The notes: generated by a model from the sequence alone, not told the origin. A stretch of DNA of 62,892 bases, filler included, from Parasitella parasitica NRRL 2501 (GCA_025201805.1; 13 parts of 12 records of this genome joined end to end with filler, not necessarily neighbours in it), one strand, 5' to 3'; shown: positions 25,549 through 40,171, counted from the first letter of the whole stretch. A program made the numbers and translations.

Positions 25549-28005
25549 ATTTTCTATATACACATCCATTGATATCTTTTCACACAAATATGAGCATACC
25601 TTCCTTTATTATCTCTTGTTTATCCTATATATGTAACCCTATTATTTTCTTTTATAGATTTTGCCACGTTCTTTTCCTCTCGTATTATCCCCTATTCTTT
25701 TCATGTTGTACATAATGAAAATTTTTTTTTTACACATCTAATTGTGCGCTGCAAATAACGTCATTTGATGTTTCCTCAAACTATTTTGAGCAAGAGAATC
25801 CTGGGCTAATGCAATGTGCCCCAGCTTTTCCCCTATCATAGTTGGCTTCTTTCATATGTAGACGTTATCAGCACAAAAGCCAAGACCAGATGCGAGCCTG
25901 TCAATATGAAAATTTGTAACAATAGGGAAGGGGGAGGGGAAGTAGTCAGTCCTGGAAAATGTAGATTTACAAATATTTACATGCAAACAAAGCACAATCA
26001 TCAATTGAGGAGATTATACAATCAAGTCATGTACGATATTTATAGTATATATAACACAAATGTTGGTGTGCCAGGGGATCTAGCAATTTCCATTCAATAG
26101 AGCAGTTTTCTTTGCTGAGAAATTGGTTTGCTTATGAATAAATCAGAATCATCTGAAACTACTAGATGCTCTGGCCCCAGATGCCTATATGCAATACAAA
26201 GAGATCCGTGCAGTACAAGCATTCACCTGAATAGGGCATCAAGAGAACTTGTAGCAGTGACATTCTCATAAATAGGACACCAGGAACATGATCTCGAGCC
26301 AATCTTGGATATTCGTCCTCAGCTCAACGGAAAGAATACACATTGACCTTAACCTCCTTTAAGTGAGAAAAAAACTTGATTTTGCTGAACACGGCATTAC
26401 TCAGAGATAATCAGAAATGTATCATCCATAATAATGGTATTAATATTGGGAGCGCAAGACAATGAGAGCAGCAGGCGTTGTCTTGGGGCAGTAGCTAGCG
26501 TAGTAGCCATGAAGTGCGAGATGCAAATATTTTTAGCCTCTTACCCAAAATTTTTGGCTTGCAAAACAGAATATGACATCGAATATATATATCCGCCATT
26601 TTACCTGACTGAATTTGCTACACGTAGGCACATCATTTCAGCTGCAATAGCGTAAGAGACTCCTGTGAGCTGGATAGTACGTTGAATAAGGATTCGTAAA
26701 ACTGTAAGGAAAAATTGTATGAAAAGATGGCAGCCTGTGGATCTCTGAATGTTTTTCCTATATACTTATATACAGGCAAGCCGTTTCTGATGTTTAAAAC
26801 CTACTGAAGTCATATTAACTACAGTGTTCAGGATTTTTATTACTGAGGGTCTCGAGTAAAATTAACGCAAAAAGCGAAAAATTGATATTTGATATTTGAT
26901 ATGATGTATATTACTACCCAAGGAAAAAAAAAAAAAAAGCTCTGTTTTCTGGAGCATATGCTGTCGTTATTCATGGTTCTATATGTGTGTGTTAAAGTGT
27001 ACAATATCGCGAGAAATTCATTAATTAGAGTATGTTGTTTCTCTCCCAGAAAAGAAAGCAATGCTGTGCTGCATGAGCACGATACAATAATGTTATTTCA
27101 TCTATTGCATCTTTTGTCAAAATGCCTACACAGAATGTGAACTGATATACAAGGATATTAGTTTTTTTTATATTATTTGGAGAGAGAGAGTGTGTGTGTG
27201 TAGTTGAAATAAAGGCTTTATACGCAGTAAAGTGCAGATGTGGCAAAAGCAGAGCACATATTTGATAGCATCATATCAAAGCTACCTTCGAATGGTTTAA
27301 GAAATAAATACTTGTGAAAACTGCAGAAATATATTTTTCATCATTGTATACGATGCTGAATATTTAATGGGTTTTGGCATGTACTTATAATTCAATAACA
27401 TTTTTCAAGCCAAAGTCAACAGAAGTCAACAGAAGTCAACATGATATAGAATTACATCTACATGCCATATTTGCCAATACAGTAACAAATATTTGTTAGT
27501 GTCATTATTGACAAAGTACGTCTAATGACAAAAGTGCAACTAGAGGTAATTATGCGAATTACCATATAGCTACAAATTCTTACCTATATTGCTATCTGAA
27601 GTACGTATTCATATTGATACACATGTGACATTTGTATAATCTAAGGCCTCTTTACAGATTGTGTGGCTCAGAAGCTTGTTTTGAATAAAAGCAGGCTGTA
27701 AACTTTAAATTAGAAGCATTTAGGAATTCCCCCAAGGTTTTCATTGAGAGATAAGTTGAATTCCAGAGTTACCAGTCTCAATGTTGAATACATGTTGGTG
27801 ATTTGAGCCAAATCTGTTACCCCTGAACCTCTGTCATTTAAGCAACCGACTATACCGTAGGTTTTCTTCACTTCAGTCATCTAGCGATCAACAAAAAAAA
27901 ATAAAAAATAGAACGTGTTGATGTCAAAGAGTATACTCTATTTCTACAGAATATATCACGCTTTTATGCTATTATTACTATTTTTTTTTTTTTTTTTTTT
28001 TTTTT

Positions 28006-28045
<40 letters not shown>

Positions 28046-28384
28046 CAATATTTAGCATTGAGAAATCTGCTTTAAACCGCGTTTTACATCAAGTCTATCG
28101 ATAACCCATATATGCCATATAACGAGTTACACAAGAGATCATATTGCAAAAAACAGAAAGCAAGATAAACTATAGGTAGTGGCTTGGGGGAAACCAACAC
28201 GAATTTTCTATATCTAGATTACAGCGTCTGCTTAGGCTTAGTTTTTATTTGTATCCATTTATTGTTGAACATGACTGATCCAGTATTATGTTGTTTCTGA
28301 TCTAAGCCCTATACCAAAGATTTGTGTTGAAAAAACACACAAATTATATCCTTCTTCTTATTCTTTATCTCTTTTTCACATAAA

Positions 28385-31194
28385 ATGTCTATCAGTCCAG
28401 CCATTACCACTGGAATCATCTGCTCAGAGTACAAGAATGAAACCAATCAATTCATTTTTATATCGAAAAACAGCGACTTTAATAGCACTGAAGACTATCA
28501 TTTGAACATTTATAACAACTCCAACAAGACAATGTTGCGCCCAATGCCATTAACAAAAATCAAAAATTACCCAAATGCAACAAGTCTTCACTTTGGAGGA
28601 CTTTGCTCTTATGCTGCTAGTCAATCTTCGTTGTATTTGAATTTTGAAGAATGTAGGTTGCTTTGCAGGTGCATATAGCATAATTTTTGACATGATATTG
28701 ATATAACACTGCGAAATAGCCACAGCTACCAACAGCACCACAACATTGGTCTATCAACTTCAGCTTGATAATACAACCAGCTTACCCTTAAAGTTTGAAA
28801 AGAAAGCGCTAGAGTTATTCGATGCCACGCTGTCTTCGTTCCTGTATGCAGCTGGCGCCAACGACACATCTAATTTGGCCTACATTTCAACCTCCAAAAA
28901 TCGCCAAAACTCTCTCAATTTGATAAATTTAGATCATCCTCGACACCACAGTACTAAAAATATCTCTGATTTTGGGTTGTTGGCCGTTGGTGGAACAAAA
29001 TCGCAAAGCCTCTATTTTATTCAGAGCAATGCCGTTGATGTGTACAAATTAGACAGCTTGCAGTACAGCCACAGTGCGATACAGACAAACATGACCCTAC
29101 AGGGCTTAAGAAGAGGCACCACAGGTCATGTCTTTTCTAATAATAACTTTACAAAAGAATACATCTCGATTTATCATCCTAATACGGGACAGGTGGATAT
29201 TTTCGACATTGATACTTTGCTGATCAAATATACTCCCGCTTCAGTCTCCAAGAAAGGCTATATAGATTTAAACACAAATACGACAAGCACCATTCCTTCT
29301 AGTTCTACCGTGCCCTCTTTTACTACACTACCCTCCTCCGCTACGACATCAAATACCGTAACACAACCCTCATTTGCTAGTCGTCTTGGTGGTACAATTG
29401 ACAAGAGAGACGACACGGACAACCAGTCGAAAAGGTCCCAACTCAAAGTGTTTTCCAACAAGTTTTATTTAAAAAGTAAGATTTCATCTAATTGAGATTT
29501 GTTCAAGGGCTTTATTAACTTTTGCTCATTTGGTAGAAGGCGCTGCTAATAAAGCACTGCATAAGCGAGCAGTTGAATACAACGATGGCAATGTTCAATC
29601 ATCTTCTGATGGGGCAATCCGATACCGCACTTCTCAAGTTTTGCCTGACAATGGCGGGAGGTTACCACAGGCTGCTTTGCTTGTCCCAGGATCTGGCAAC
29701 GATGACATATACGATTATGCTCTCTTTTCTGACAGTGGTGACTCGAATCAATTCACAGTATCAACTGAGCCTAGTCGGCGTCGAGTAGCACCACTTGTGC
29801 CAACATCAACATCAACAGCAACATCAACGCCCACTCCAGCTCTGGATGCCTCATCATCTGATACAAGCAATCTAGGCGGTGGGGCCATTGCTGGGATTGT
29901 CATCAGTGTTATCGCCTTCATTGCAATCATTGCTGGCATATTGTTTTACTCCAAGAAGCGAAAACATAAGGCTTATAACCCCAATAGCCGCGGCATCCAG
30001 CCTGAAATGTCAGCCTTAAACAGTGCTACGCCGATCTCTGTTCAACCTCAAGATTTCACTGGTGCCCACTACTCTGGAGGCATTACCGTAACAAGGGTTG
30101 ACGACAATCATACCAGCACAAGTAGCATACTACAAGCAAGCGTCTCTATACCCGAGGAATACTATGATGACAGCCGACCTGATATTCGACCATTGTCTTA
30201 CAACCAAGAAATCATTGACTATGCCCACCTATCCAACGAGGAGCTCTTGCAGCTTGAGCCCGATGTGCTGGGCCCTTTGTTCTTGTTTAGCGGCTCGTAC
30301 ATTTCATCTGATAAGGAGAAAGTCTCCTATTTGCGAGATGGATACGCCATCCGTACATTTGAAGCAAAGAATAACATCAAGCATACTGTGCACTACTTTT
30401 CTGCGTCGCATTTGGATACATTTGTCCGTTCTGTGTATGCGGCAGAGGCTGTATCACAAAGGCCGTCCCAAGACAACGTATTCAGCAAGAGACACAGTCT
30501 TGTATCACCCAGTTATGTTATCAAAAGCGACAGAGCAATTGTCCTCAACTCCCCCACACCACAAAATGAATACCAGTATATTTGGATAACATCGCCCATG
30601 ATTCCAAAGCATTCGCTGCATCATCTGCTGTTCCAAAAGTCGCAATGGACCTTTATAGATTATAACAACAGTGATTACAAGATATGGTCCATTTATTCCA
30701 TTCTGAAGAGTGTGGAAAGTATGCACAGCCACAAATTGGCACATTTAGCAATTGATCTGAGGGCGTTTTACTTTGACCATGAAATGAAGGCAACAGACTG
30801 GAGGTTAGGCAACTTGGGCTACACGCGTTCCAAGATAAAACCAAGGGGCGAGATTACATTCCCATCGGTTGATACCCAATTTACAGCACCTGAAATCATC
30901 CAGCGCAAGGCTGAAATACAAATCGAGTCCGTTGACATTTGGTCTTTGGGCTGCGTAATCTACACTGTGGCTACCGGCGGCTTATTACTATTCGAAGACG
31001 CATTTGAGGTCGAGCGATTGTCTGTTTTCCATGATGACATGAAGCAGCATGTGAAAATCAAGATTCGACAGAATATCGAGAGCAATGTTTTTCGAAATAT
31101 ATTAGAAATGATGCTCCAGGTCAATCCCAGTGATCGAAAGAGCATCAATGAAATATTAAATTACTGGGATAGCATATACAATATGGAAGAATAG
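28385..31194 (+). CDS. Single-pass membrane protein with cytoplasmic (pseudo)kinase domain; exons 28385-28652, 28720-29475, 29537-31194
   Basis: Two phase-compatible GT-AG introns join three ORFs (~890 aa). N-glycosylation-rich and S/T-rich ectodomain, TM segment GGGAIAGIVISVIAFIAIIAGILFY-SKKRK, and kinase C-lobe FTAPE, DIWSLGC, MLQVNPSDR. Confidence 0.85.
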
Positions 31195-31644
31195 CAATAA
31201 ACATATTTAAAAATATTTTTCCAAGCCCAATTCTATTGTCCTGTTTAAAAACAGGCGATGCCTTGGGGATAGCAGCAATTGCCTTGACCCAATTTTTTTT
31301 TTTTTTTTTGGGCTAAATGAAATCTTAAAGTTAAGAGAATTTAGCTGACCGTATTTCTGAGCCGTCCCAAATTCTTTAAAGTTCGCACCAAAAATAGTCT
31401 TTAAACACACAACAATATTAAGAATATTATGACTCAAAGTGAGAGACCTAGTGATAGCGCATAGAGCAGCAATACGGTACATGGTAGGTGCATTTCAAAC
31501 AAAGAGAACATCCAGCGACTGCTTTTTCAGGTTACAAAAAAAAAATCGTTCTCGGTCCTTCTGTCCATTCTGCCTACTTGTAAATTTTTTTTTTTACTAT
31601 TTTGCTGTAAAGCTGTTTTCCTCTCTTCACATCATCTTGTCAAA

Positions 31645-33135
31645 ATGTCTGAACCATTGTTTGTTGACCTCAGTGAAAGCAAGCCTGCTGAAATTGAGAG
31701 TTTATGTATGAAATGTGAAGGAAATGTAGGTGTATCTGCTCTCGCTTGTCAACTGTTCAGCGACATGTAACATTGCACATTTACAATAGGGTACCACTCG
31801 TATCCTGCTCTCCAAGATTCCGCATTTCAAGGAAATCATTATTATGGCCTTTGAATGCCCTCATTGTGGCTTTCGTAACAACGAGCTTCAAAGCGCTGGT
31901 GCGTTTAATGAAAGAGGCCACACCATCACTTTGGCTGTCCAAGAGAAACAAGTAATGCAAAACCCGCATATTTACTGCCCCAATTGTAGATTATTGATAG
32001 AATGAATTAGGATTTGGACCGTCAATTAGTCAAGTCAGATTACTGCTCTATCAAATTTGAGGAAATTGATCTGGAGGTTCCTGCCAACAACAATCGCGGC
32101 CTCCTTACAACGGTAGAGGGTTTGATCGACAATGTCATTGATGATTTGGCTGTTGCTCAGCCCGTCCGTAAAGCCACCGACGAAGCAGTCTACAACAGAA
32201 TTGAAGAAATTATCGCCACGTTGAATGGCTACAAAGTGGGAAGCGGAGGATTCACTCTCAAGCTTGACGACCCATCTGGCAATTCGTATGTCGAGAACAA
32301 GTGTCTTCCTAAAGAAGATCCTCAAATCAAGCTGAGATGGTACACTCGTACGCCTGAACAGCAAGCTTTCCTAGGCCTTCAAGCTGAAAATCAACAGACC
32401 CTCGCTGAGCAAGCTGCGGCTTCGGCTGTCCAACGCGCAAGCACTGCATCTGAGATGGTCAATGAAAAGACTGGTATTCCCGAAGTCATATCTTTCCCTG
32501 CCAACTGTCCTACCTGTAACGCTCCTTGTGTCACCAACATGCACGTCATGGAGATTCCTCATTTCAAAGAAGTTGTCATCATGGCTACCAACTGCGAACA
32601 TTGTGGATACAAGAGCAATGAGGTTAAGGCTGGCGGTGCCATCTCCGAGAAGGGCAAGCGTATCATTTTGAAGATCACTGAAGCAGAAGACTTATCTCGA
32701 GACATCCTCAAGTCCGAGTCGTGTGGTCTAAGTGTTCCTGAAATTGACCTTGAAGTTACCAAAGGTACTTTGGGTGGCCGCTTTACAACAGTCGAGGGTC
32801 TGCTTAGACAGGTCCACACTGAACTTTGTGAACGTGCATCCTTTATCGGAGGTGATTCTGGCACTGAGTCTGGCAAGGCAAAGTGGAAGCAGTTTTTGGA
32901 CAAGCTGAACCTCGTTGCTGATGGAAAGTTGATGCCTGTCACCCTCATCATTGACGATCCTTTGGCCAATTCATACCTTCAAAACCTTTATGCTCCTGAC
33001 CCAGACCCAGAAATGACGATTGAAGAGTATGAACGTGATTGGGAGACTAATGAAGATTTGGGCTTGAACGACATGAAGCTGGATAACTATCAAGTAGTAG
33101 ATGGTCCAAACACAAAAGAAGCCGAGACTGCCTGA
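31645..33135 (+). CDS. ZPR1: Zinc-finger protein ZPR1, 3 exons
   Basis: Two ZnF-A/B modules: IESLCMKC...IPHFKEIIIMAFECPHCG and CPTC...IPHFKEVVIMATNCEHCGYKSNEVK. Also GGRFTTVEGLL and DDPLANSYLQ. Confidence 0.96.
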
Positions 33136-33483
33136 CTAGATAACAAACGTAGACGATTGAACTGAACTCTGCCCTTCTTCTGATATGTCTCTGTGTATTA
33201 TACTATAATAAAGACAACATGTACATTGCTCCAAGATCATTATACGTTATACCGTGAGCATGCAAATGTCATTTTTCATTGCCCTCATCTATTGCAGAGG
33301 ATATCCCTCCCAAAGCTTACCTTACTAGACGCAGCCCATTTGCTCGCACGTTGTTCATTGAGGGGAGTTGCAAAATTATATAGCGGCGCGTCGCGTGCAT
33401 GTCAAAAAAGGCGAGTGAGAGTGCGCCAATATAATACTTTTACTACGCGGTTTGCTTTTTCAACTACTCTTTACACTTTTGAT

Positions 33484-36400
33484 ATGGGTAAATTGATTCG
33501 CATCGAAGTTGAAAACTTCAAATCTTACAAAGGCCAGCAGACAATCGGCCCTTTCCATCAATTCACCAGTGTTATTGGCCCCAATGGTTCAGGTATTTGA
33601 CGATAAAAAAAAAAAGCTACTCCCCCCCCCCTCTAGTGTTTTTGACATCAGTGTCACTGAAAACATCAACAGGTAAATCGAATCTGATGGATGCCATTTC
33701 GTTTGTTCTTGGTGTCCACTCTAGCCACTTGCGTTCGCAGACTTTGAAGGACATGATTTATCGGTCCGAAGCCTTGCGCAAAGGCGACGATGCGCCTGCA
33801 TCCAGCGGTCGTAGCCCTAGAAAAGCTCATGTTACAGCAGTGTATGAGAATGATCAAGGCCGTGAAGTCCAATTCATGCGCAGCATCAACAACAGTGGAC
33901 AGTCTGAATATCGCATCAACAACAGAGTTGTCCAGTACACCGACTACAACAAGGCGCTCGAGAAGGAGAACATCCTCGTCAAAGCTAAAAACTTTTTGGT
34001 TTTCCAGGGCGATGTCGAGTCTGTAGCCAGCCAGAATCCCAAAGACTTGACTCGCTTGATCGAGCAGGTCAGTGGTTCTTGGGAGTACAGAGACCAGTAC
34101 GAGGACTTGAAGCAGAAAAGGGACGAAGCCGTCGAAGACAGTGCATACGCCTTCAACAAAAAGCGTGGCATTGCAGCTGAAATCAAGCAATACGAAGAGC
34201 AAAAGGAGGAGGCAGAAAAGTTTGAAAAACTCGTGCTCGAAAAACGTGCCTTTGTGATTCAGTATCTGCTTTGGAGGCTTTTCCATGTTGAAGAAAAGGG
34301 AAAGGCTTTGGAAGAGGAGACAGCGGCCAAAAATGCAGACAAGGACGACCTTCAGTTCGAGGTTACCGGCATGGAGCACAACTTTAAGAAGGCAAGAGAA
34401 GAAAAGGCCCTGATCCACAGAGAAAAAATCAAGTGCGAACTACACATTCGCAAGATCAACAGAGAACTAGACGAGCAACTCCCTACGTCTATCAGCAACA
34501 AGGAAAAGATTGCTCATTTGGAAAAGAAGATGAAGCAGACCGAGCAAAACATCGAGCGTGTAAAGAGAGACGGCCAGCAGCAAGAACAGGTGGTGGCTAC
34601 ATTGGAAAAAGACATTGAGTTGTTGAGCTACGCCGAAAAGGAATTCGAAGCATCTCTTCCCACACTCGGCCTAACCAACGGCCCTACTTTGACAGGCGCT
34701 CAGTTAATGGACTATGAGAGAAGAAAGCAACAAGTCAGTATCAAGGCGGTCGAGGAACAACAGTTGTTGCAGCAATATCAACGCCAATTCAAGACTGAAA
34801 AGCAGCGTGCCGACGACCAGAAAGCCAAGCTTGAAAGGCTGCAAATATCCGAATCCGAAACCGTTGATGATTTGCGTCAGGCAAACGAAGAAAAGGCTGC
34901 CTTGACCCATGAAGCTGAAAACATTCAGGAACGACTTTCTGCCCGTCAATCCGAACTAAAGATACTCGAGAATGAGCGCATCACAACCCATCAAAGAGAA
35001 GTTCAACTGAATGAAAAGCTTCAAGAGGTTTTGAACAAGTTGATGGAAGCCAGTGTTACTCAACAAGAATCTGAAAAGGATTCAAGACTTACCGAAAGTA
35101 TCGCCACTTTGAAGCAGATCTATCCCAATGTACATGGCAAATTGTCTGATTTATGCAGACCAAATCAACGCAAATACGATACTGCCATCGCTACTGTTTT
35201 GGGCAGAAATATGGATGCTATTGTCGTTGAAGACGAACACACTGCCTCAGAGTGCATTCAATATATGAGAGAACAGCATATTGGTACAGCCACCTTTTTG
35301 CCCATTCATTCTCTATCACTGCCCCCGATCAATGATCGTTACCGTAACTTTGTCAAGGGAGCTCGTCTTGCATATGACGTCTTGAAGTTTGATAAGCAAT
35401 ACGAAAATGTGGTTCAATACGCCTGCGGAAGCACATTGATTTGTGATAACCTCAATATTGCCAAGCAAATTTGCTTTGAAATGAATGAAAATGTTAGAAG
35501 TAAGTTTCAATACAGTATGCGCAAGATCAAAGGGTTGACCCAGTCTATCTAGCTGTTACTCTGGAAGGGTCTATCATTCATCAAAGTGGTTTAATGACCG
35601 GTGGTCAGAGTGGCACACAAACTACAAAGAAATGGCAACAGAGTGATATCGAAGGTATGAGCAGCGCAGCCAACCACTATCGAAACCGAGATAATTGACG
35701 TTACTTTCTGATAGAACTGATGCGCAGCAGAGATAAGCTTTTGGCAGACTTGAACCATCTTAGTAAAACCAAGCGTATGGGCAGCGCTGAAGACTCGGCA
35801 AAGAGTGATTGTTCAAATCTCAATAGTCAGCTTAACACACTCAAGGAAGAATTGGTAATATGGATCTGCGACAATTACCACATGAAATGTACTGAGCAAT
35901 TGTGTCTTTTAACAGATCACGCTAGAGAGAAGAATCGAAGGTCTTCAGGGAACACTTGAAAACACACGTAAGAACTTGGCTCAAGCTATTCAACCTTACG
36001 AGCAATCCAAACAAGGCTTGAACCAACTTGAAGCCAACATCAAAAAAATGCAAGAAGAAATAGCTCGAGTGGAAGATCACGTCTTTGAGGACTTTTGTGC
36101 TGAAATCAATGTACCCAACATTCGTGATTACGAAGCCATGCAGTACGGTGTATCCGACGAGGTTACTGAACAACGTGCTCAATTCTCTGCCCAAAAGTCA
36201 AGATTAGATACTCAGCTTTTGTTTGAAAAGGACCAACTAAACGAACTTGTAGAGCGTTTGAAGAAATTAGAGGCCAACATGACGAACGATGCTACAGTCA
36301 AATCTAAACTAGAGGCTGATTTAGCTGGCATGTCTGGGAAGACAGAAGCATTAAAGTCCAAGCTGCAATCCTACCAAATTGATTTGGAAAAGCAGATCAG

Positions 36401-37578
36401 GTTGGAAGAAGAAAAGCAAATCGAAATCAATGATGTGAGCCGTGCACTTGAAACAAAGGGCAAAAACGTTGAAGAAATTTTGCGAGAATTCCGAACAGTT
36501 GAAAGCGAATACGAAAAGGTGCGTGCTGAACGTGTGGCCATCTTTAGAAAATGCAAACTAGAAGGCATCAATCTACCGTTAACCCGCGGCTCAATGGACG
36601 ATATCATTATTGAAGATAGCACTCAAATAAGCGGCCATCAGAACGAGAACGACTCGGTATCAGACGCCTCTTCAATGACGGATAGTGTCAGCACCAACAC
36701 CAGCGTCAACAACAGTGCAAGCACTGATATGGATTTGGATGTGCCTATATCTCAAATGTCCATTCAATCAACCGATTGGGAAGTTGAAGTCGATTTCTCT
36801 TCAGTCGGAGCCTCTCAACGCCGAGACAGCAGCCAAAAATTAGATCTTGAATTCCAGGATCAAATAAAGAAATACAGCGACGAAATTGACCAAATGGCAC
36901 CTAATTTGAAGGCAGTTTCAAGATTAGAAGGCGTCCAAGAAAGACTGAAGGTGGTCGAAGAAGAATTCAGCGCTGCAAGAGCCGCTGCTAAGGAGGCTAA
37001 AGAAGCATTCAACATTGTCAAGCAAAAGAGATACTCCAAATTCATTGATGCATTTAGCCATATCAGCGAAAAGATTGATACAGTGTACAAAGATCTCACC
37101 AAGAGTCCAACACACACACTAGGCGGCACAGCTTATTTGACTTCAGAGGACGAAGATGAACCCTACCTTGGAGGCATCCAATACCACGCCTTACCACCTA
37201 TGAAGCAATTTAGAGACATGGAACAGCTGTCTGGCGGAGAAAAGAGTGTGGCCGCATTGGCACTACTGTTTGCTATCCATAGCTTCAAACCTTCGCCTTT
37301 CTTTGTATTGGATGAGGTTGATGCCGCACTTGACAATACCAATGTCAGCACTGTTGCCAGTTACATCCGTCGTCATGCAACGCCTGATTTCCAGTTTATT
37401 GTAATTTCGCTCAAACACACTCTTTATGAGAAGGCCGAAAGTTTGGTTGGTATTTATCGGGATCAAGATATCAATTCCAGCAGAACAATGACCTTGATGG
37501 TAAATAAACTAACGCCCTACTATCAGACATTCGTTACTAACATACTAATCTTCTTAGTTGGAACAATATCAAAACTAA
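33484..37578 (+). CDS. SMC1: Cohesin subunit SMC1, multi-exon
   Basis: [15 protein letters not shown], Walker [30 protein letters not shown], a hinge domain, signature [18 protein letters not shown], and Walker [13 protein letters not shown]. Confidence 0.97.
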
Positions 37579-37893
37579 ATTTGTATTTTTCTCCTATATG
37601 TAATAAAAGGGATGTCTTAAGTCTTGAAAGTTATTGTAAATCACATAAGAGTGGGGGCCCTTCTGCTTCTCCCTGACCTGTCCCTTTCTTTTTTTTGTTG
37701 TCTTTTGAGCTCCCCCTTTTTTTTTTGCGAACGTTTTTTAAACGTTTTTTTTTTTTTCGAGTGTTTTTTTTCCAGACCTCGTCTTTCTTTTTTNNNNNNN
37801 NNNNNNNNNNNNNNNNNNNNNNNNNNNNNNNNNNNNNTTAATTAATTAANNNNNNNNNNNNNNNNNNNNNNNNNNNNNNNNNNNNNNNNNNNN

Positions 37894-38021
37894 TCCAGTG
37901 ACCGTTGAGATATTATACTGATTCGTATCTGATACAATCATATAATATATTTGCAGTAAATCAGCAAGCGTAATACTTGTAAGAATTGTTATAGTGCAGA
38001 TGTAGCAGTGCGTATACATCA
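37894..38021 (-). repeat. Partial LTR (same family as 46353-46859) inserted into the Helitron helicase
   Basis: Reverse complement of the first ~128 bp of the solo LTR at 46353. Ends TATACATCA. Confidence 0.85.
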
Positions 38022-40171
38022 CATGTCTGGGAATTGTTGCAACTCAATGGACAAAGACATGTTGTTGCTAATTTGGGCTTGCTGTACCCTCATATTTATC
38101 CTCAACTTTTTTACTTGAACATGATGCCAAAGAACAGACCTGTTGTAGATACATTGATTGACCACGTCTGACCTACCCCCTCTGGGCACCACCGGTAGCA
38201 CCTGGCGAAAGTCTCCTCCAAACACTATCAATCTACCACCAAACGGAACTGACCCCAGATTTCGGTTAGTTTTACCAAATATATCGCGAAATGTCCTATC
38301 AAACGCTTCAAAGGTTGCTCAACTGATCATCGAGGACTCATCCCAAATAATTAATTTGGTGTTCTGGATTAAATCAGCAAGCTCTGAGTTGGGTTTTATA
38401 TTAAACATGGTCAGCGAATTAACGATTAATGGGATCTTGAAAGTTGAATGGGCTGTTCTGCCGCCATCTAACAGTAGTGCTGCAGTTCCGCTCGAAGCCA
38501 CCGATAAAGCAAATCCGTCTTGAGCTGACCTTGTTGCATTCAAAATCGCATTGTAGAATAGGTAAGTCTTACCAGTTCCTCCAGGACCAACAACAAAAAA
38601 CAATCTAGCATGATCAGTTGAATCGCACATATTGTCTTCAATGCTTTTCATAATAACATCATACACTCATGACGCTGATCAGAGTTGAAGCTGTTTATAT
38701 ATATTGAATGTGCTTGCTCTTGCTTGTGCTGTAGAACTAAGCCTATGCTGCTCACGGAGTATTCGGCTGATGGAAGTGTCTTCGGTTTGACTTCGTGTAT
38801 CCACAGTGGGTAAAGAAAAACCTGAGAAGTTGTTCAAACTTGAGCCATGTTAGGTGACTAAAATGTCTTCTATATCCAGCATGCTATTATTGTATGCTTT
38901 TTCTTCAATTTCTGCAGTAGGCCTGTTCACTCCAGCAGTAAACACTGCGTTATTTTCTAAAAGCTGGTAAATATGGTCTTCAGACAAATGATATTTGAAC
39001 TTGGCCCATAACTGATAAGGGTTGCCAGGCTCACAGAATACCAGTATAATGCAAAATAGTTTGCGCAGAGATGCAGGCGATTGAAAATGCGCTGCTTCTT
39101 NNNNNNNNNNNNNNNNNNNNNNNNNNNNNNNNNNNNNNNNNNNNNNNNNNNNNNNNNNNNNNNNNNNNNNNNNNNNNNNNNNNNNNNNNNNNNNNNNNNN
39201 NNNNNNNNNNNNNNNNNNNNNNNNNNNNNNNNNNNNNNNNNNNNNNNNNNNNNNNNNNNNNNNNNNNNNNNNNNNNNNNNNNNNNNNNNNNNNNNNNNNN
39301 NNNNNNNNNNNNNNNNNNNNNNNNNNNNNNNNNNNNNNNNNNNNNNNNNNNNNNNACCAAGCGGTAAGAGTTGTCTCTTGAAGCATTGATCTTTGTATGA
39401 CATTGCTAATGTCATCGTCTTCATTAAAATAAACAGGATTTTCACCCTCCAAATGAAGAGCCAGTCGTTGATGAGCAGGAAATTCTCTGTGCATACTAAA
39501 TGAAAATAGTCTCCAACACGCTTCTGGTGGGGAAACATATCTAGCATCGATAAAAGCTTTGATTTCATCTTGTTGTTCGACTGACATGGAAGCTCGATCA
39601 TACTTTTTGTAAACATACTTATAAACGTATTTGATGCTATTAATTGATGAACCTAGCTCCACATTAATATGAGCATCGTATTTGGTGCAGAGGCAAAGAT
39701 TATGGGGTACCACCTGTGAAATTACTAGTAAAAAATATGTAAAAAAATACTTTTTAAAACTGTTATTTTTTTTTTAGATCAAGCTCATCAAAATGTCGAT
39801 TAAAAACTATCTTTTTATACTAGTTTTCCAAGGGTAAATGATTATGGATATGAAGCTAAATTATATTGGATTATTCATCCAGGACGTTTTGGCAGCGAGG
39901 ATTGATAAAGAGATAACCAATGGCAGATTTGACGAGTGTTGGAGTTGTTTCTATTTGTTCTTGATATTGGATTACGTCTTCTTAAATCCATGCTAGCCTG
40001 GTCTTGACGATTGTAATCTTTGTGGAATATTCTGGGTAATTTGAAGTTCATATTGATACTATTTACGGAGATTCTTTTTATGTGATGATCAGTTTATACT
40101 GATCTATAACACCACCCATCTGTTATCTATGTTAATGGTCTGTCTGTTCACAACTTTTGTTATAAATTTGC
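38022..40171 (-). pseudogene. Helitron RepHel remnant (Rep C-terminal part plus PIF1 helicase), second copy
   Basis: IDNRW|VVPHN...YDAHINVE...IKYVYKYV, ARYVSPPEACWR. The helicase part is nearly identical to 2836-3534 but has frameshifts. Confidence 0.9.
39715..40111. mobile_element. Solo LTR (TG...CA, 397 bp) in Helitron Rep
   Basis: 5-bp TSD CCACC at 39710-39714 and 40112-40116. Removing the insert restores NRWVVPHN. Confidence 0.85.

Noticed and set aside
25816-28300. Short ORFs, a 10-bp tandem (AGTCAACAGA) and long poly-T tracts
   Set aside because: No coding or structural signal that I can support.
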